From Tagaea sp. (lineage in GTDB: Bacteria > Pseudomonadota > Alphaproteobacteria > CACIAM-22H2), in NCBI GenBank assembly GCA_965279525.1, contig CBDIIB010000002.1, positions 395,240 through 459,239 of the forward strand: 64,000 bases of DNA. The letters are read 5' to 3'. Shown here piece after piece: positions 36,799 through 45,496 of this stretch. Both the position numbers and the translations under genes were made by a program. The stretch's first letter is position 1. Every line of letters starts with the position of its first letter. Below the pieces are notes generated by a model. The model was not told where the DNA came from and made no database searches. It saw nothing but the letters and a program-made list of their open reading frames with translations.

Positions 36799-39483
36799 AT
36801 GGATGATCTGCTGCGCGACTTCCTGACCGAGACGAACGAAAATCTCGGCGTCCTCGATACGGAAATCGTCAAGCTCGAGCAGAACCCGAACGATCCGGGC
36901 CTGGTCGGCAGCATCTTCCGGATCATGCACACCATCAAGGGCACGTGCGGGTTCCTCGGCCTGCCGCGTCTCGAGAAAGTCGCCCATGCCGGCGAGAACC
37001 TTCTCGACAAGATCCGCGACGGCAAGCTCATCCCCAACGAACAGGCCGTCACCCTCATTCTCGAAGCGCTCGACCGGATCAAGAGCCTGCTGTCGGTCCT
37101 CGAACAGACCGAAGCCGAGCCCGAAGGCGACGATGCCGACCTGATCAAGCGCCTCAACGATTATGCGAACGGCACGACGCCGGCCGACGGCCCGCCGGCC
37201 GTCGCGGTGCCGCTCCAGGCCCTTGCCCCCACACCCTCCGCCGAACCCGAGCCCGACGAGCACGGCTTCGTGCCGGTTCCCGCCCACAGGACCGCCGCCA
37301 ACGCAGATGCGCTTGCCGCGCAGAAGGCCCCGGAACCCGCGCCCGTTCCCGCACCCGCCGCCGCGGCACCGGCCCCGGCAAAGGCGGTCGCCAAGGCAGA
37401 GCCGCGCGGCGACGTGGTCGAATCGGCCGTCGCCGCCTCGTCGATCCGCGTCAATGTCGACGTGCTCGAAAACCTGATGACGATGGTCTCCGAGCTCGTG
37501 CTTACCCGCAACCAGCTCCTGCAGATCCTGCGTTCGCAGAAGGACAGCGAGTTCTCCGGCCCGCTCCAGCGCCTCAATCACGTCACGTCCGAGCTGCAGG
37601 AAGGCGTCATGAAGACGCGCATGCAGCCGATCGGCAACGCCTGGTCCAAGCTGCCGCGCCTGATCCGCGATCTCAGCCACGAACTGGGCAAGAAGATCGA
37701 CCTGCTGATGCACGGCCAGGATACCGAGCTCGACCGGCAGGTGCTCGAACTCATCAAGGATCCGCTCACCCATCTCGTGCGCAACTGCGCCGACCACGGG
37801 CTCGAACGCCCCGAGGAACGCCGTGCGGCAGGCAAGCCGGAAACGGGCCGGGTCAACCTCAACGCCTTCCACGAAGGCGGTCACATCATCATCGAGATCA
37901 CGGACGACGGCCGCGGTCTCAACATCGACAAGATCAAGCAGAAGGCGATCCAGAACGGCGTGTGCAGCGAAGCGGAAGCCGCATCGCTCACCGACCAGCA
38001 GATCGCCCAGTTCATCTTCAAGGCCGGATTCTCCACCGCCGCCGTCGTCACCTCGGTCTCGGGGCGCGGCGTGGGCATGGATGTCGTGCGCACGAACATC
38101 GAGAAGATCGGCGGCACGGTCGAGCTCAAGTTCCAGCGCGGCAAGGGGACGAGCTTCGTCATCAAGATCCCGCTGACGCTCGCGATCGTCTCGGCTCTCG
38201 TGGTCGAATGCTCGGGCGAACGCTTCGCCATCCCCCAGATCAGCGTGCTCGAACTCGTGCGCGCCACGGCGGGTTCTGAAACCACGATCGAGCGCGTCAA
38301 CGACTCGCCGTTCCTGCGCCTGCGCAACCGCCTGCTGCCCCTCGTCAGCCTGCACGACATGCTGAAGCTGGGCGAGGATCGCGGCATCGACGCTTCGGAA
38401 AGCTTCATCGTCGTCACCCAGGTCGGCACCTACACGTTCGGCATCATGGTCGACCGCGTGTTCGACACCGAGGAAATCGTCGTCAAGCCGGTCGCCCCCA
38501 TCCTGCGCGACATCTCGATGTTCTCGGGCAACACGATCCTGGGCGACGGCTCGGTCATCATGATCCTCGATCCCAACGGGATCGCCGCCGCCTCGGGCGA
38601 ATCGGCCAACATGGGCGAGCAGGCCGCCGCGGCCCAGTCCGACGAACGCGCGAAGACCGAGGGGCAGCGTATCGCCCTGCTGGTCTTCCGTGCCGGCGGC
38701 CAGGCGCCGAAGGCCGTGCCGCTGTCGCTCATCGCGCGTCTCGAAGAGACCGATGCGACGACGATCGAGTTCTCGGATGGAAAGCCGGTCCTTCAGTACC
38801 GCGGCAAGCTGATGCCGCTGGTGACGATCGATCCGTCCTACGCGATCCGCAGCGAGGGCCGGCAGTCGATCCTCGTCTTCGCCGACCGCAACCGGAACAT
38901 GGGCCTGATGGTCGACGAGATCGTCGACATCGTCGAGGAGCGCCTCGAGGTCGAGATGAACAACGTCCGCCCGGGCATGGTCGGCTCGGCCATCATTTCG
39001 GGCAAGGCGACCGACGTCATCGACACCGCGCACTACCTGTCGCTCGCCTTCGGCGACTGGTTCGGCAAGTCGGACTCGCCCTTCGGGCAAACCCAGGTGC
39101 GCCGCCTGCTCCTCGTCGACGACAGCCCGTTCTTCCGCAACCTGCTGCAGCCGATCCTGTCGGTCGCCGGCTACGAGGTGACCACCGCCGACACGGGCAC
39201 CCAGGCGCTGGCGATGTGCGAGGCCGGCCGGGAGTTCGACATCGTCGTCTCGGATATCGAGATGCCGGGCATGAGCGGCTTCGAGTTCGCCGAGGCGCTG
39301 CGCAAGACCGAGCGCTTCCGCGAGACGCCGATCCTGGCACTGTCCTCGCACACCCATCCGCAGGACATCGAGCGCGCGCGCCGCGTGGGCTTCACCGACT
39401 TCATCCCGAAGCTCGACCGCGAGGGCCTGCTGGCTTCGCTGAACGAGCTGAGCGCCAACAACCGCGTCGCCGCGGCCCAGTAG
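36799..39483 (+). CDS. cheA: Hybrid chemotaxis histidine kinase (Hpt-dimer-HATPase-CheW-CheW-REC)
   Basis: IFRIMHTIKGTCGFLG, DPLTHLVRNCADHG, SGRGVGMDVV, IPLTLAI, two CheW-like domains, C-terminal receiver LLVDDS...SDIEMPGMSG. Confidence 0.96.
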   Translation: MDDLLRDFLTETNENLGVLDTEIVKLEQNPNDPGLVGSIFRIMHTIKGTCGFLGLPRLEKVAHAGENLLDKIRDGKLIPNEQAVTLILEALDRIKSLLSVLEQTEAEPEGDDADLIKRLNDYANGTTPADGPPAVAVPLQALAPTPSAEPEPDEHGFVPVPAHRTAANADALAAQKAPEPAPVPAPAAAAPAPAKAVAKAEPRGDVVESAVAASSIRVNVDVLENLMTMVSELVLTRNQLLQILRSQKDSEFSGPLQRLNHVTSELQEGVMKTRMQPIGNAWSKLPRLIRDLSHELGKKIDLLMHGQDTELDRQVLELIKDPLTHLVRNCADHGLERPEERRAAGKPETGRVNLNAFHEGGHIIIEITDDGRGLNIDKIKQKAIQNGVCSEAEAASLTDQQIAQFIFKAGFSTAAVVTSVSGRGVGMDVVRTNIEKIGGTVELKFQRGKGTSFVIKIPLTLAIVSALVVECSGERFAIPQISVLELVRATAGSETTIERVNDSPFLRLRNRLLPLVSLHDMLKLGEDRGIDASESFIVVTQVGTYTFGIMVDRVFDTEEIVVKPVAPILRDISMFSGNTILGDGSVIMILDPNGIAAASGESANMGEQAAAAQSDERAKTEGQRIALLVFRAGGQAPKAVPLSLIARLEETDATTIEFSDGKPVLQYRGKLMPLVTIDPSYAIRSEGRQSILVFADRNRNMGLMVDEIVDIVEERLEVEMNNVRPGMVGSAIISGKATDVIDTAHYLSLAFGDWFGKSDSPFGQTQVRRLLLVDDSPFFRNLLQPILSVAGYEVTTADTGTQALAMCEAGREFDIVVSDIEMPGMSGFEFAEALRKTERFRETPILALSSHTHPQDIERARRVGFTDFIPKLDREGLLASLNELSANNRVAAAQ

Positions 39484-39509
39484 GCGCCGGGAAACAGGAG
39501 AGACATCAG

Positions 39510-40013
39510 ATGAGCAATTCCCTCGTTTCCGCCGACCGTTCGAACGCCGTGAAGGCCGTCGGGGCCGACGTCGCCAACGACTTCGTCACGATGATGGTCG
39601 CCGACCAGCTCTTCGGCATCCCGGTCCTGACCGTCCAGGACGTGCTTGGGCCCCAGCGCGTCACCCGCGTGCCCCTGTCGCCGCCGGAAGTCGCCGGCGC
39701 CCTCAACCTGCGCGGCCGTATCGTCACCGCGTTCGACGTGCGCCGCCGTCTGGGGCTCCCCAAGCGCGAGAGCGACAAGCCGGGCATGAACGTGGTCGTC
39801 GACTTCAAGGGCGAGCTTTACGCGCTGATGGTCGACAATGTCGGCGAAGTTCTGGCGCTGTCGGCCGACACCTACGAGCGCAACCCCAATACCCTCGACC
39901 CGCGTTGGCGCGAGGTTTCGGGTGGCATCTACCGCCTCAAGGGCAAGCTTCTGGTGCTGCTCGAGGTGAGCCGCCTGCTGGCCATCAAGCGTGGCGGCGC
40001 CGAGGCCGCCTAG
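39510..40013 (+). CDS. cheW: Chemotaxis coupling protein CheW
   Basis: FGIPVLTVQDV, TRVPLSPPEVAGALNLRGRIVT, LMVDNVGEV; AGGAG RBS. Confidence 0.95.
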   Translation: MSNSLVSADRSNAVKAVGADVANDFVTMMVADQLFGIPVLTVQDVLGPQRVTRVPLSPPEVAGALNLRGRIVTAFDVRRRLGLPKRESDKPGMNVVVDFKGELYALMVDNVGEVLALSADTYERNPNTLDPRWREVSGGIYRLKGKLLVLLEVSRLLAIKRGGAEAA

Positions 40014-40079
40014 GCTTCCCTTGGCTTGAACCCAGCCGGACGCTAAACTTTCCTCTTCGCGCTTGCGAAGGGGGAATGT

Positions 40080-40754
40080 ATGGCGGCGTCCGGCGACTTC
40101 GAGACATCGGGATGCGTGGCCGTCCTGCGGCTCGCCGGAAGAGATCCCGCCGCTGCCCGCGTCGTCTGGGCCTCCCCACAGTTTTTCGCCAATTTCGAAC
40201 ATGCCGGCGTCGGTGCTACGGCCTTTCCGGAAGGTCTGCCGGCGGCACTCGCCGGCACATTCGGCACCCTTGTCGACGGTCGCGACACGGTCGTCGCGTG
40301 CGAGGGCACGATCCTGTGCGGCCATCGCATCGAAGGCCGGATGGGCATCGCGGCGCTCGGCGGCGGCCTGTTCCTCGTCTCGATCCCGCTCGCCGCAGAA
40401 GACGACTCGGAAACCGACGATGGCCGGCTCGCCGAAATCCTCGATGCGATGCCGGTCGCCGTCGTGCTTGTCGGTACGGTCGACGGCAACATCCTGTGGA
40501 TGAACGACGCGTTCCGCGAACTGCTCGGCGGCAGCGAATTCGACCTGATGGGCACGTCGCTTGCGGGGCACTTCGCGCTGCCCGGCGCCTTCAAGACCCT
40601 GATGGGTGCCACCGGTCCGGTCACGCCATCCTCGCCGGTGCCGACGGCGCTGAAGACCCTGTCGGGCGTCATGACGCCGGTCATCGCCAATGCCAAACGC
40701 GTGGCCTTCCGCGGCCAGAACGCGGCGATGGTCTCGCTGACGCGCGGACTCTAG
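40080..40754 (+). CDS. PAS-domain protein with no recognisable output domain
   Basis: LAEILDAMPVAVVLV...DGNILWMNDAFRELLG..EFDLMG PAS core. Confidence 0.65.
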   Translation: MAASGDFETSGCVAVLRLAGRDPAAARVVWASPQFFANFEHAGVGATAFPEGLPAALAGTFGTLVDGRDTVVACEGTILCGHRIEGRMGIAALGGGLFLVSIPLAAEDDSETDDGRLAEILDAMPVAVVLVGTVDGNILWMNDAFRELLGGSEFDLMGTSLAGHFALPGAFKTLMGATGPVTPSSPVPTALKTLSGVMTPVIANAKRVAFRGQNAAMVSLTRGL

Positions 40755-40775
40755 ACGCGGACCGGATGAGGACGA

Positions 40776-41894
40776 TCAGATCCCGCGCTTGCGCGCGGCG
40801 GCTTCCAGCTCGTCGATCAGCTGCATGCCGGGGACGATCTCGGAGCGAACGAACTCGAGCCGCTTGTTGGGGCCGCCACTCGCCGTCGGGAAACGGTCGC
40901 GCCACAGCTGCATCTTGACCGACAGGCCGCACAGCACGCCGCCGATCGAGCGGTGGTTGGAGAACACCAGGTCCTTCATCTTCGCGAAGCTGTCGGCGTT
41001 GATGTCCTTCCAGAAGTCGGCGCTCTTGCGGTTGAACGCCTCGAAGCGGCCGGTCAGCGAGATGATGACGCCCGACAGCGACTCCTTGACCTTGTCCAGC
41101 ATCTGCTTGGACATCCGGTCCTGCTTGATCATCTGGTTTTCCTCGAGCGGCTTCAGCCAGTCGAGGAACCCCTGGACCTGCGGGACGACGAGGTCGAGGC
41201 ACGAACGGAAATAGGCGAGCGAAAGGAACGTGTCGCCATAGTCCTCGAGGAAGCGCGGGATCTCGGTCAGCGGCACGTTGAGCTTCTGCGACATCATGCG
41301 CAGGTTCTTGAGCGCGTCCTCGCGGTTGGGCGAGGCGATCAGCTTCATGATGTCGGAGACGTCGTTCACCACGAAATCGGCCGATCCGTAGATCTGCTGG
41401 ATCAGCGGATGGGTGAACACCTTCATGTGTTCGGTCAGTTCCTTGCGCTTGCCTTCGGAGAGCTGCAGCTCCTTCTTCATGTCGATGCTGAGATTGAGTG
41501 CCCGAAGCGCCACCCGCAGCGTATAGACGTCGAACGAAGGGATGCTGCTCAGGCTCTGCAGCAGCGGCATGTCCTTGCGCAGCGGTTCGGCGTAGCTCTG
41601 GAAGACGCTGTGCAGCGCATCGAGCGGAACCTGGGCGGACTTGTGGCCCTGGTCCTTGTAGAGCTCGACGACGGAATCCAGACGGACGTTCTTGATCAGG
41701 CGCAGCCGGCGCAGGCCCGGTGTCTCGAGCGGGATGATGCGCAGCGGCAATATATGCAGCGCGTCCTGCCCCTCGGCATCGTACTCCTCGACATTCGCAT
41801 CGCCGGCAGCTGGCGGCGGAACCGCTTCCGCGCCTGGATTGGGCACAGCGTGCGGGTCCGCGGCAGGTACGGCAGGCGTATCCGTATTTTCCAT
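40776..41894 (-). CDS. Hypothetical protein (372 aa) downstream of cheZ
   Basis: Long ORF with typical GC3 codon bias and ordinary globular composition (unlike the shadow ORFs); AGGA RBS; no motif recognised. Confidence 0.85.
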   Translation of the reverse strand: MENTDTPAVPAADPHAVPNPGAEAVPPPAAGDANVEEYDAEGQDALHILPLRIIPLETPGLRRLRLIKNVRLDSVVELYKDQGHKSAQVPLDALHSVFQSYAEPLRKDMPLLQSLSSIPSFDVYTLRVALRALNLSIDMKKELQLSEGKRKELTEHMKVFTHPLIQQIYGSADFVVNDVSDIMKLIASPNREDALKNLRMMSQKLNVPLTEIPRFLEDYGDTFLSLAYFRSCLDLVVPQVQGFLDWLKPLEENQMIKQDRMSKQMLDKVKESLSGVIISLTGRFEAFNRKSADFWKDINADSFAKMKDLVFSNHRSIGGVLCGLSVKMQLWRDRFPTASGGPNKRLEFVRSEIVPGMQLIDELEAAARKRGI

Positions 41895-41937
41895 GGCGTC
41901 CTATTTACGACGCTCCGGCCGGATTGGCCAGTACGGA

Positions 41938-42858
41938 TCAGTCAAATAGCTTGTCAATATCGGCTTGCGACGCGGTTACGCCGCTCGTTGCGGCGGCCGG
42001 CACCGGGACCGGTGCCGCTTTCGGGGCCGGCGGCGGAACGACGGTGGCCTTGATCGGCGCAGGTGCTACATCTGCAGTCTCCGGCGGCACTGCCGGTTGT
42101 ACCGGGGGCTTGGGCGCGGCCGGTACGGCCGATGCCGCGGCACCTGCCAGGAGGGCGTCGATCTCGTCCTGTGTCCGGCCCTGGCCGGGCATCGAGGGGC
42201 CGTTCAGCAGATGGGCGTCCATGCGCTGGTCGGCCTGCTCGTCGGCCCGCGACTGCGCGATGTTGATGTTCTCCGGACCCCAGATGTTGACCATCGCCGC
42301 CACGCGCTGGTCGATGTAGCGCAAGGTGCTTACGACCTTCGATATACGCTGTCCGGTGATGTCCTGGAACGAGCAGGCCGTAAAAATTTCCGTCGCCTGG
42401 TCGGTGAGGATCTGGCCGGCTTCGCCCTGTTCGCCGGACAAAGTCCCGGCAATTTCCATGATGCGCTCGGCGGCGTTGAGGATGTCGGAGGTGGCCTGCT
42501 CGGTCGACGCGACGATCTGGTCGAGTTCGCTGGTCGCCGAGTGGATGCGGTTGCCGGCCTGCTGGACCTTGGGATCCTTGTTGTAGATCGAGGCGATCTC
42601 GGTCTTCGCGGTCTGGATATGCGACGCCATGCTCTGCAGTTCGGCGCGCAGCACGTCGAGGCTCTGCGTCTCCTTTGCCGCACCGATCTGCTTGAGCGTC
42701 CATTCGCGGAAGGAGGCGGCGATGCGCCGGGCCTCGTCGATCGAGACCACGCGCTGGCGCTCGTCGCGCATGCGCAGGAAAGCCCGGCCGCGCGCACTGT
42801 TCAAAAGAGCGTCTTCGATCGCGAAATAGTCGTCGTCCGATAGATCCAGCTTGGCCAT
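41938..42858 (-). CDS. cheZ: Alphaproteobacterial CheZ-like phosphatase
   Basis: ELDQIVASTEQATSDILNAAERI, ACSFQDITGQRISKVV catalytic motif, LLNGP, C-terminal SQADIDKLFD. Confidence 0.88.
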   Translation of the reverse strand: MAKLDLSDDDYFAIEDALLNSARGRAFLRMRDERQRVVSIDEARRIAASFREWTLKQIGAAKETQSLDVLRAELQSMASHIQTAKTEIASIYNKDPKVQQAGNRIHSATSELDQIVASTEQATSDILNAAERIMEIAGTLSGEQGEAGQILTDQATEIFTACSFQDITGQRISKVVSTLRYIDQRVAAMVNIWGPENINIAQSRADEQADQRMDAHLLNGPSMPGQGRTQDEIDALLAGAAASAVPAAPKPPVQPAVPPETADVAPAPIKATVVPPPAPKAAPVPVPAAATSGVTASQADIDKLFD

Positions 42859-42907
42859 TTTCCGTCAATTCCTGCGTTCGTCTGGCCGCGAAATTACCGC
42901 GGAAACC

Positions 42908-42923
42908 GCTAACGCAGGGTTAA
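42908..42923 (-). promoter_or_regulatory. CtrA-like box upstream of cheZ
   Basis: Minus strand TTAA-CCCTGCG-TTAGC. Confidence 0.6.
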
Positions 42924-42933
42924 GGCTCGGCCG

Positions 42934-44082
42934 TCAATCCAGGGTGCCGGCGACCGCCCGGCGGAAGACCCGCTCCAGCGCCGGCGCGTCGACCGGGCAG
43001 GGATTGCCGCCGGCCGAGGGGTCGCGGGCGGCCATCGTGCCGATCTCGACCGCGCGCGCGGCATCGACGCCGATTTCCGCCAGCGTATGCGGGATCTTGA
43101 GCGCCTTGCGGAACGCGAGGACCCACTCGAATACCGCCGCATAGTCGGCCCGCGGCAGGTCGAGAACCCGCGCCACAAGGCCCATCCGCCCTTCGATCGC
43201 CTTGCGATTGTGCTGCATCACGAACGGCAGGAGCACGGCGTTCGTAAGCCCGTGGTGGGTGTCGTAGAGCGCCCCGATCGGATGGGCGAGCGCGTGCACG
43301 CCGCCCAGACCCTTCTGGAAGGCGACGGCCCCCATGCTTGCGGCGGCCAGCATGCGCGCGCGCGCTTCGATGTTTGTGCCGTCCGCGACGGCGCGCGGCA
43401 GCTCGTCCTTGACCAGCCGCATGCCTTCGAGCGCGATGCCCTCGGCCATCGGATGGAATCCGGGCGCGCAATAGGCCTCGAAGCAGTGCACGAACGCGTC
43501 GATCCCGGTGGCTGCGGTGATGTGCGCCGGCAGGCCGACGGAAAGCTCGGGATCGGAAATGACGATGCCGGGCATCATCTTCGGATGGAAGATGATCTTC
43601 TTCTCGTGGTCGGCCTCGTTGGTGATGACCGAGGCGCGGCCGACTTCCGAGCCGGTGCCGGCCGTGGTCGGGATGGCGACCACGGGAAGCATGCCGTCGG
43701 GATCGACGCGCTTGAAATTGTCGCCGACATCCTCGAAGTCCCACAGCGGGAGCTTCTGGCCCGCCATCAGCGCGATGGCCTTTGCGGCATCCAGCGCCGA
43801 GCCGCCGCCGAACGCGATCACACCGTCATGCTTGCCGGCGCGCAAGGCCGCCAGCCCGTCTTCGACGTTCCGGCCGGTGGGGTTGCCCTTGACCTTGGCG
43901 AACAGGGCGGCACCGGAAAGCTTCAGCGCGCGCACGACCATCGGCGAGGCCGCGAGGCCCGCGTCGGTGACCAGCAGCGGACGCGACATGCCCAGCCGCT
44001 TGCACGCGGCGGCGAGTTCGTCGAGGCGGCCGGGACCGGCCCAGACGGTGGTCGGATAGTTCCAGTTGCCCTTGATCGTCAT
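42934..44082 (-). CDS. Iron-containing alcohol dehydrogenase
   Basis: WNYPT, FGGGSALDAAK, IPTTAGTGSEV, DAFVHCFE, HALAH...HHG. Confidence 0.93.
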   Translation of the reverse strand: MTIKGNWNYPTTVWAGPGRLDELAAACKRLGMSRPLLVTDAGLAASPMVVRALKLSGAALFAKVKGNPTGRNVEDGLAALRAGKHDGVIAFGGGSALDAAKAIALMAGQKLPLWDFEDVGDNFKRVDPDGMLPVVAIPTTAGTGSEVGRASVITNEADHEKKIIFHPKMMPGIVISDPELSVGLPAHITAATGIDAFVHCFEAYCAPGFHPMAEGIALEGMRLVKDELPRAVADGTNIEARARMLAAASMGAVAFQKGLGGVHALAHPIGALYDTHHGLTNAVLLPFVMQHNRKAIEGRMGLVARVLDLPRADYAAVFEWVLAFRKALKIPHTLAEIGVDAARAVEIGTMAARDPSAGGNPCPVDAPALERVFRRAVAGTLD

Positions 44083-44096
44083 GGTCGAAGCGTTCC

Positions 44097-45485
44097 CTAA
44101 AGCGTCGTGCGCAGGTGGAAGGATTTCGGGCGCGTCAGCTGCTCGTAGCCCAGCGCCGACAGCGTGGCGCCCCGGCCGGTGTCCTTGACGCCCGTCCAGG
44201 CGAGACCCGGATCGAGATAGTCGCAGCGGTTCATGAACACGGTGCCGGTCTCGATGAGGGCCCCCAGCTTCTCGGCGGCGGCGGCGTCCATCGTCCAGAG
44301 GGCCGCCGTCAGGCCGTAGGCGCTGTCGTTCATCAGCGCCACCGCCTCGTCGTCGGACGAGACCTTCATGATGCCGATGACGGGACCGAAGCTTTCTTCG
44401 GTCATCACGCGCATCTTGTGGGTGACGTCGACCAGCACGTGCGGGGCGAGGTAGGGGCTGCCCGCCTTGTCGGCCGGAAAGTGCTTCGGGTCGACGAGTG
44501 AACGCGCACCTTGGCCGACCGCTTCCGCGATCTGGCCGCGCACGAAATCCGCCGCACTCGCGCGCACCATCGGCCCCAGATTCGTCGCCTTGTCGGTCGG
44601 ATTGCCGAGCTTGTAGCCCTTCGTCAGTTCGACGAAACCGTCGACGAACGCCGGATAGAGGCTTTCGTGCACGTAGATGCGTTCGATGCCGCAGCAGGAC
44701 TGGCCGGAATTGAAGAAGGCCCCGTCGACGAGGTTCTCGACCGCGTGCGCGAGATTGGCGTCGGCGCGCACATAGGCCGGATCCTTGCCGCCCAGCTCGA
44801 GGCCGGCGCCGATGAAGCGTTCGCCGATCGCGCGCTGGATCGCCCTGCCGCCGTCGACCGAGCCGGTGAAGCAGACGAAGTCGACCCGGGCATCGCCCAC
44901 GATACGTGCGGCATCCGCGTGGTCGGTGTGCAGGATCTGGAACACGCCGGCGGGCAGGCCGGCCATCTTGGCGGCCTCGGCATAGCGCTCGGCGACCAGC
45001 GGCGTCTGGTGCGAATGCTTGAGCAGCACGACATTGCCGGCGGCCAGGGCCGGGATCACCGCGTTGACCGAGGTGAGATAGGGGTAGTTCCACGGAGCCA
45101 CGACGAAAACGAAGCCCAGCGGATCGCGCCGCACGAAGCGCGTGAAGCCCGGCTTGGCGGCAGGTGCGATGTCGCCGAGCGCTTCGGGCGCGATCGCCAG
45201 CATGTGGCGGGCACGCTCCTCGAAGCCGCGCATTTCGCCCGGCGTCTGGGAGATCGGCCGACCCATCTGCCAGGTCAGCTCCTCGGCGATGGCATCGCGA
45301 TGGACGAGCATCGCGTCGACGAACCGGGTGAGAGTGGCGACGCGCTCGGAGAGATTCGTGCGCCGCCAGCCGTCCTTGGCCTTCTGGGCGGCAGCCAGTG
45401 TCGCCTCGATCTGCGCGGCGTTCGCCAGCGGGCGCGTGCAGTATTCGCGGCCGTCGACCGGGCTGATCGTCTTCAGCGTCTTCAT
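44097..45485 (-). CDS. Aldehyde dehydrogenase
   Basis: PWNYP, FTGS, LELGGKDP, NSGQSCC, EESFGP. Confidence 0.95.
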   Translation of the reverse strand: MKTLKTISPVDGREYCTRPLANAAQIEATLAAAQKAKDGWRRTNLSERVATLTRFVDAMLVHRDAIAEELTWQMGRPISQTPGEMRGFEERARHMLAIAPEALGDIAPAAKPGFTRFVRRDPLGFVFVVAPWNYPYLTSVNAVIPALAAGNVVLLKHSHQTPLVAERYAEAAKMAGLPAGVFQILHTDHADAARIVGDARVDFVCFTGSVDGGRAIQRAIGERFIGAGLELGGKDPAYVRADANLAHAVENLVDGAFFNSGQSCCGIERIYVHESLYPAFVDGFVELTKGYKLGNPTDKATNLGPMVRASAADFVRGQIAEAVGQGARSLVDPKHFPADKAGSPYLAPHVLVDVTHKMRVMTEESFGPVIGIMKVSSDDEAVALMNDSAYGLTAALWTMDAAAAEKLGALIETGTVFMNRCDYLDPGLAWTGVKDTGRGATLSALGYEQLTRPKSFHLRTTL

Positions 45486-45496
45486 CGCGGTATTCC

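Noticed and set aside
36406-39357. 983-aa minus-strand ORF
   Set aside because: Antisense mirror of cheA; no RBS or domain evidence.
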